64,000 bases of DNA, taken from contig OZ024741.1 in the NCBI GenBank assembly GCA_964016885.1, forward strand, positions 69,378,001-69,442,000, given 5' to 3'. The DNA is from Eledone cirrhosa. Taxonomy: Eukaryota. Of this stretch, positions 57,218-64,000 are shown one piece after another. Numbering within the stretch: the first letter of the stretch is position 1; every line of letters starts with the position of its first letter. The notes beneath the pieces are model-generated. The model was not told the DNA's origin. It saw only the letters and a list, made by a program, of their open reading frames with translations, and did not search any database. Both the position numbers and the translations under genes were made by a program.

Positions 57218-58018
57218 TTAATTCTTTCATAACTATGTTTTAATAAATTACATTGTCTATGTGTTTCAATTAATTTTTGAAAGGATCAAGAATTTGAAGT
57301 GGTTTAGAAAAATAACTATATTTTTCATTATAATGAAAAAATATTTAAATATTACATAGATAATGATCTATGTAATATTTAAAATATAAGTTAATGAAAA
57401 ATTTTATAAGCTTATAAAAGGTTTAGATATAAAGACTTTAATCCTTTAGATACCTAACTATCTGAAACTGCCCTAAGTTCTATGATATAAAATTGTATAT
57501 TTTAAAGCATTTATATTTATCTAAAGATTTTCCATGAGGATTTTATGTAGGAACATTTGTTAAGTTAAGCTCCAAATCAATCTTATTAATGAGAAAGTTA
57601 GTTATATTACCATATCCCTCCAAATTCTTGATAAATTTTGAAATTATTTGAAAATCATAGGCACAGTCTTTCATTAGAAATATGGTAAGGAAAGGTTTAA
57701 AGCCAATGCTCCTTGTATCATAAAATTGAAGGCATGATAAGATGTATTGCTACCAAAAAGGTGAGACAAATGCATCCTGATCAAGTCAAAGCAATAGATT
57801 GGCAACATTTTTTATTGCAGTGTTGAACAAAATTATTTGTGGTATTCCAGCTCTTTACATTCTCTCATTGACTTAAATTTCCTTCAGATGAAAGACTCCA
57901 TGAAAGAGTCATACTAAATTCCTTCTTTTGTTTGTATATGGCATATACATTATATACATTATATACATTTGCTCCAAAATGGCTGACTGAATACTCAATT
58001 TTTTTATTTCTCATCCTA

Positions 58019-58054
58019 TCTTCTGATGAAGGACTAGTGTCTGAAACGTTAAGA
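58019..58054 (+). ncRNA. Minimal hammerhead ribozyme (stem III reduced to the palindrome AACGTT)
   Basis: tctt-CTGATGA-a-ggac-tagt-gtct-GAAA-cg-TT|aaga. Confidence 0.8.
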
Positions 58055-58176
58055 CTCTTTTCCTATTATTTCAAGCATTAAACTAATATATTTCTTCATT
58101 GTACTGTGTCGTTTGCTTTGTTATTTCTGTTTACTTTTTATATAAATATACATTATATACACTGATGTATGCACAT

Positions 58177-58363
58177 TAATTGTTTCTACTTTTGGCACAA
58201 GGCCAGTAATTACCCAGTGCATTACTGGTACTTTATTTTATCGACCCCGTAAGGATGAAAGGCAAAGTTAACCTCGGCGGGATTTGAACTCAGAATGGCA
58301 AGGGCCGTAACTATGCATCAAAGCATGGCGTCCGACTCTCTACCGATACTGCCAATCCCCCCT
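58177..58363 (-). mobile_element. SINE family A
   Basis: Reverse complement of the adjacent copy. Confidence 0.92.
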
Positions 58364-58385
58364 CATAATTAATATGCAGTGAATA

Positions 58386-58577
58386 GGGCGGTGAATTGGC
58401 AGTATTGGTAGAGGGTCGGACGCCATGCTTTGACGCATAGAGTTACGGCCCTTGCCATTCTGAGTTCAAATCCCGCCGAGGTTAACTTTGCCTTTCATCC
58501 TTACGGGGTCGATAAAATAAAGTACCAGTAATACACTGGGTAATTTCTGGCCTTGTGCCTAATGTAGAAACAATTAA
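58386..58577 (+). mobile_element. SINE family A
   Basis: GGGCGGTGAATTGGCAG...GAGTTCAAATCCCGCCGAGG...GTCGATAAAATAAAGTACCAG. Confidence 0.92.
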
Positions 58578-59002
58578 TATGCAGTACCATATGTGCATAT
58601 ATTTAGTAACATAAAAGTGGATAGTTTCCTGTGTAAACATCACTGTTTTGCATATAGTTTCCCATGCTAGCATGGGCTGGACAGGATGTTTAGAGACAGT
58701 TTTGCAGCTGGATGCCCTTCCTGGGGTCAACCCTTTTAGTTGCCTCTTACAGCATGCAAGAATATTGTGTACCTATTCTGAAAACCAGGGTATATAGAAT
58801 ATATAAATATATTTTATGGGGTATATAATATATATCATTGTAGATAATAGCAAATATTCTCCTATTTTTCTTCATAGATTGAATCACTATTATCACTTAT
58901 GCATCATATACCTATCTATACATAAATATATGTATGTATATGTGTGTGTGTGTATATATATATGTATGTTTGTACATGTATGTATGTATATGCCTATATG
59001 TG

Positions 59003-61094
59003 TCATCATCATCATCATCATCGTTTAACGTCCATGTTCCACGCTTGCATGGGTTTGGACGGGAGTTTTCCCACTAGAGGCAAGAGTGGTTGTCATTTCT
59101 CGCATAGGACTGTCTGGCGTGTTTTCTACAGCTGGATGCACTTCCTAACACCAACCACATTTACAGTGTGGGGCTGGGAGGTTTTTACCGTGTTGCCTAC
59201 ACGGCCACATTACAGCGTGGACTGTGTGTTTTTTTGTCGTGACACCTACACGATCTCAATTGTTTCGGCCTGGATGTTGTGGCACCAACATAACTTTACA
59301 TTGAAAGGGGTGGTGGGGGTGGTGGGACGGGGGTGTATTTTGTTAGAGATGCCTACTGACTGTAGTAGGTTTTACTTTGTATTTAGGTAAGGCGGGTCTT
59401 CTCTATTACTGAGTACCGCCAAAGGTCTCGGTCCAGTGACATTGTCTTGGAGAGGTGTAAGTGTGTGAGGTCGGAATTTATCAGCTCGTCCCAGGTTTTT
59501 CTGGGTCTGCCTACTCTGTGGCTACCGTCTATCTTTATTGCCCTGCACTTTGTTATACAGCTGTCGTCTTTCATGCGCATCACGTGACCATACCAACGTA
59601 GCCTTCTCTCGAGTAAACAACATATGATCCCTCTTATTTCTAATTTTTTCCTTAGTTCGTTTATGCTTTGCCGTTCACGTATATTACTATTACACATCCA
59701 GCGGAGCATGCAAGTTTCGTTCCTCTCTAGTCTGCGTATATCCTCTGCACACAATGCCCAGGTCTCACTGCCATGCAACATTGCTGTCCGTATGCAGGCA
59801 TCATACAACCTGCCTTTCATTTTTAGGGAGAAACCTTTAGCGGCTAATAGTGGTATAAGCTCTCTGAACTTTTTCATCCAGTTCTGACTCTAGCTACTGT
59901 ACTTTCAGAGCACCCTCTCCCACTGCTGATTTTGTCACCCAGGTAACGGAAGCTGTCCACTATTTCTATAGAACCCTCTGCGCAATTGGAAGAGCTAGTA
60001 TTTTTTGGGCACTTGCTGCTACTTATTGCACAAGAGCACTGGTCACATGTAAAATCTATGTTCTTAGTTAGCTTACCTGTGATCCCACTACATCTTTTAT
60101 GCACCCATACTTTGCATTTGGGACATAAAATGGAGTTTCTACCTACGCCTTTCCTACACACTGAGCATGGCCATTTCCCCGATGGGACCGCCGCCTTATT
60201 TTCTTTCCTACAAACTAGAACTTTAGTCTTAGCCAGGTTAATTTTAAGGCCTTTTGATTCTAGGCCGTGCTTCCATGTTTGGAATTTCTTCTCTAGCTCG
60301 GCCATTGATTCAGCTATGAGCGTTAGATCATCTGCGTATAGGAGTTCCCATGGGCAGCCGGTCTTGAACTCCTCTGTTATAGCCTGAAGGGCAATAATAA
60401 ATAGTAGGGGGCTAAGAACAGAGCCCTGATGGACACCAACTTTTACGCTAAACTCTTCACTATATTCGTTGTTAATTCTAACCTTGCTGACTGTTTCTTT
60501 ATACATGGCTTGTATATCTCTCACAAGCCATTCGTCAACATCTAGTTTTCTAGGAGCCCACCAGATAATGGAACGGAAGACTCTGTCGAAGGCTTTCTCC
60601 AAGTCGACAAAAGCTAAATATAGGGGTTTACTTTTAGCTAGGTACTTCTCCTGTAGTTGTCGTACAATGAAGAGAGCGTCTGTGGTACTTTTGCCTGACA
60701 CAAACCCGAACTGCATTTCATCTAGATCAATTCTCTCTCTGATTAGTTGCGCTATTACTTTTTCCGTGACCTTCATGACCTGGTCGATTAATTTAATGCC
60801 TCTATAGTTACTCCTATCTAGGGCGTCTCCTTTACCCTTGTAACAGTTAACGATGATGCTGCTACGCCAGTCCTTCAGAACAACCCCATTCTGTATGACT
60901 TGGTTTACTATCCGGGTGACCATGGTGTGTCCCACCGTACCGGAGGCTTTCAGCATCTCAGCAACTATTTCCGAAGGCCCAGCCGCCTTACCCGTCTTCC
61001 TATCTTTGATTGCCTTACTTATTATACTACCTTCGACTAACACTGCTGGTCCCTCTATTGGGTCGATGTGGGGGAGACTGTCTTTCTCCCATTT
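59003..61094 (-). mobile_element. 5'-truncated RTE subfamily 1 LINE with complete RT domain and a 1-bp frameshift at ~59875
   Basis: NYRGIKL, FVDLEKAFD, GVHQGSVLSP and YADD motifs. The ORF is split into 59874-61094 and 59383-59877. (CAT)n tail. Confidence 0.96.
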
Positions 61095-61226
61095 GTGTGT
61101 ATATATATAAATATATATATATATATATGTATGTATGTATGCATATGTATGTATGTGTATATATGTATGTATGTGTGTATGCATATGTATGTATGTATGT
61201 GTATGCATATGTATGTATGTGTATAT

Positions 61227-62720
61227 AAGGAATGGCGTAGCAGCATCATCGTTAACTGCTATAAGGGAAAAGGAGATGCCCTAGATAGGAGTAACTATAG
61301 AGGCATTAAATTAATCGACCAGGTCATGAAGGTCACGGAAAAAGTAATAGCGCAACTAATCAGAGAGAGAATTGATCTAGATGAAATGCAGTTCGGGTTT
61401 GTGTCAGGCAAAAGTACCACAGACGCTCTTTTCATTGTACGACAACTACAGGAGAAGTACCTAGCTAAAAGTAAACCCCTATACTTAGCTTTTGTAGACT
61501 TGGAGAAAGCCTTCGACAGAGTCCCCCGTTCCATTATCTGGTGGTCTCTTAGAAAACTAGGTGTTGACGAATGGCTTGTGAGAGCTATACAAGCCATGTA
61601 TAAAGAAACAGTCAGTAAGGTTAGAATTAACAACGAATATAGTGAAGAGTTTAGCGTAAAAGTTGGTGTCCATCAGGGCTCTGTACTTAGCCCCCTACTA
61701 TTTATTATTGCCCTTCAGGCTATAACAGAGGAGTTCAAGACCGGCTGCCCATGGGAACTCCTATACGCAGATGATCTAACGCTCATAGCTGAATCAATGA
61801 CCGAACTAGAGAAGAAATTCCAAACGTGGAAGCACGGCCTAGAATCAAAAGGCCTTAAAATTAACCTGGCTAAGACTAAAGTTCTAGTTTGTAGGAAAGA
61901 AAATAAGGCGGCGGTCCCATCGGGGAAATGGCCATGCTCAGTGTGTAGGAAAGGCGTAGGTAGAAACTCCATTTTATGTCCCAAATGCAAAGTATGGGTG
62001 CATAAAAGATGTAGTGGGATCACAGGTAAGCTAACTAAGAACATAGATTTTACATGTGGCCGGTGCTCTGGTGCAATAAGTAGCAGCAAGTGCCCACAAA
62101 ATACTAGCTCCTTCAACTGCGCAGAGGGTTCTATAGAAATAGTGGACAGCTTCCGTTATCTGGGTGACAAAATCAGCAGTGGGGGAGGGTGCTCTGAAAG
62201 TACAGTAGCTAGAGTCAGAACTGGATGGAAAAAGTTCAGAGAGCTTATACCACTATTAGCCGCTAGAGGGTTCTCCCTAAAAATGAAAGGCAGGTTATAC
62301 GATGCCTGCATACGAACAGCAATGCTGCATGGCAGTGAGACCTGGGCATTGTGTGCAGAGGATATACGCAGACTAGAGAGGAACGAAGCTTGCATGCTCC
62401 GCTGGATGTGCAATAGTAATATACGTGAACGGCAAAGCATAAACGAACTAAGGAAAAAATTAGAAATAAGAGGGATCAGATGTTGTTTACTCGAGAGAAG
62501 GCTACGTTGGTACGGTCACGTGATGCGCATGAAAGACGACAGCTGTATAACAAAGTGCAGGGCAATAAAGATAGACGGTAGCCACGGAGTAGGCAGACCC
62601 AGAAAAACATGGGACGAGCTGATAAATTCCGACCTCACACGCTTACACCTCTCCAAGACAATGTCACTGGACCGAGACCTTTGGCGGTACTCAGTAATAG
62701 AGAAGACCCGCCTTACCTAA
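61227..62720 (+). CDS. RTE reverse transcriptase ORF remnant (RT, PHD-like Cys/His finger, C-terminus); uninterrupted but lacking the APE endonuclease and start
   Basis: RT motifs as in the minus copy, no stops. The upstream part of the listed ORF is microsatellite. Confidence 0.93.
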   Translation, partial: KEWRSSIIVNCYKGKGDALDRSNYRGIKLIDQVMKVTEKVIAQLIRERIDLDEMQFGFVSGKSTTDALFIVRQLQEKYLAKSKPLYLAFVDLEKAFDRVPRSIIWWSLRKLGVDEWLVRAIQAMYKETVSKVRINNEYSEEFSVKVGVHQGSVLSPLLFIIALQAITEEFKTGCPWELLYADDLTLIAESMTELEKKFQTWKHGLESKGLKINLAKTKVLVCRKENKAAVPSGKWPCSVCRKGVGRNSILCPKCKVWVHKRCSGITGKLTKNIDFTCGRCSGAISSSKCPQNTSSFNCAEGSIEIVDSFRYLGDKISSGGGCSESTVARVRTGWKKFRELIPLLAARGFSLKMKGRLYDACIRTAMLHGSETWALCAEDIRRLERNEACMLRWMCNSNIRERQSINELRKKLEIRGIRCCLLERRLRWYGHVMRMKDDSCITKCRAIKIDGSHGVGRPRKTWDELINSDLTRLHLSKTMSLDRDLWRYSVIEKTRLT

Positions 62721-63204
62721 ATACAAAGTAAAAACCTACTACAGTCAGTAGGCATCTCTATCAAAACACACCCCCGTCCCACCACCTCCACCCCACCCAC
62801 ACCGCCCCTTTCAATGTAAAGTTATGTTGGTCCCACAACATCCAGGCCGAAACAAATGAGATCGTGTAGGTGTCACGACAAAAAACACACAGTCCACGCT
62901 GTAAATGTGGCCGTGTAGGCAACACGGTAAAAACCTCCCAGCCCCACACTGTAAATGTGGTTGGTGTTAGGAAGGGCATCCAGCTGTAGAAAACCCGCCA
63001 GACAGTCCACGCTGTAATGTGGCCGTGTAGGCAACACGGTAAAAACCTCCCAGCCCCACACTGTAAATGTGGTTGGTGTTAGGAAGAGCATCCAACTGTA
63101 GAAAACCCGCCAGACAGTCCTATGCGAGCAAGACAACCACTCTTGCCTCAAGTGGGAAAACCCCCGTCCAAACCCATGCAAGCGTGGAACACGGACGCTA
63201 AACC

Positions 63205-63239
<35 letters not shown>
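61227..63239 (+). mobile_element. 5'-truncated RTE subfamily 1 LINE
   Basis: ORF, 3' UTR with a duplicated ~110-bp module, and (GAT)n tail. Confidence 0.96.
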
Positions 63240-63431
63240 TATGTGTGTATGCATATGTATGTATGTATGTGTATATATGTATGTATGTGTATATATGTAT
63301 GTATGTGTATATATGTATGTATGTATGTGTATATATGTATGTATGTGTATATATGTATGTATGTGTATATATATGTATGTATGTATGTATGTGTATATAT
63401 ATGTATGTATGTATGTATATATGTATGTATG

Positions 63432-63477
<46 letters not shown>

Positions 63478-63506
63478 TATATGTATGTATGTATGTATGT
63501 ATATAT

Positions 63507-64000
63507 CATGGTCGGGTCGTTGGTGACTAAACTGGCAACCCCACCAAGGTTTCTTGGTGAGGAGGGTGACTTTGGACATCCTGCAGGACTAAAAACAAAA
63601 CCTGTCAAAGGGCAAAGGAGCTCATAAGAGTCAATGGCCATCCAAAATCACCGGGAGAGATGACCCCTTCGCCTTTGTCAAGGCAGAATTCTAGGAGAAG
63701 GAAACTGATATAACACCTGCAACCCTGATGGTATCCAATGATGTTGACTCGTTCTTCTTTTTGGTAAATATCATCTTGGTTAAGAGAGTGGGACTGGCTT
63801 TGTGCAGTGCCTTTGCTCACTATAAAGGCTTCATGGCACAGGCATTGCTTTATATCTGGAGATCTCTCTGCACTTGTCGTCACATGGTACCATGGGCCCA
63901 GCACTGTGTGTCAATAATTGTCACAAGTGTAGTGTTTGTACCAGAGTTTTCAAGTCGCTGGCTGGACTAAAAAGTCACACTCGTTCAGCGCATCGGTAGG
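63507..64000 (+). mobile_element. Possible 5' UTR of another non-LTR (RTE-like) element
   Basis: Abrupt switch to GC-richer sequence after a microsatellite. GGGTCGTTGGTGACTAAACTGGCAACCCC and AAAACCTGTCAAAGGGC resemble RTE 5' regions from memory only. Confidence 0.3.

Noticed and set aside
57884-57912. CAGATGAAAGACTC...GAGTC as a hammerhead
   Set aside because: Core mutated and no GAAA/NUH half; at most a decayed remnant.
61068-61226. N-terminal extension that would make the RTE ORF full length
   Set aside because: Derived from microsatellite and the antisense neighbour; no APE domain, so the copy is not autonomous.

Overview
Eukaryotic, AT-rich DNA dense in microsatellites. The repeat content suggests a coleoid cephalopod (octopus-like); this is an inference. 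Only one convincing host exon was found (53834-53994, +). It resembles the prodomain of an ADAM/mind-meld-type metalloprotease, so much of the window may be intron. The rest is mostly transposon-derived: young 5'-truncated RTE-clade LINEs with (GAT)n tails, two SINE families, piggyBac-like and Tc1/mariner-like MITEs, non-autonomous Helitrons, a Tx1/L1-like 3' end, minisatellites and a 200-N gap. The most striking signal is invisible in the ORF track. About a dozen short non-coding islands, largely unrelated in sequence and mostly embedded in (TA)n tracts, each fold into a type I hammerhead ribozyme. They include U3-A8 core variants, minimal palindromic-stem-III forms and one with a ~115-nt stem II. 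Many are arranged as fold-back inverted repeats whose junctions fall at or near the ribozyme, and many carry a GAGYRC motif near the 3' end. This looks like a diverse, microsatellite-associated population of Penelope-like pseudo-LTR or retrozyme-like elements. All folds were read by eye and no database searches were run.
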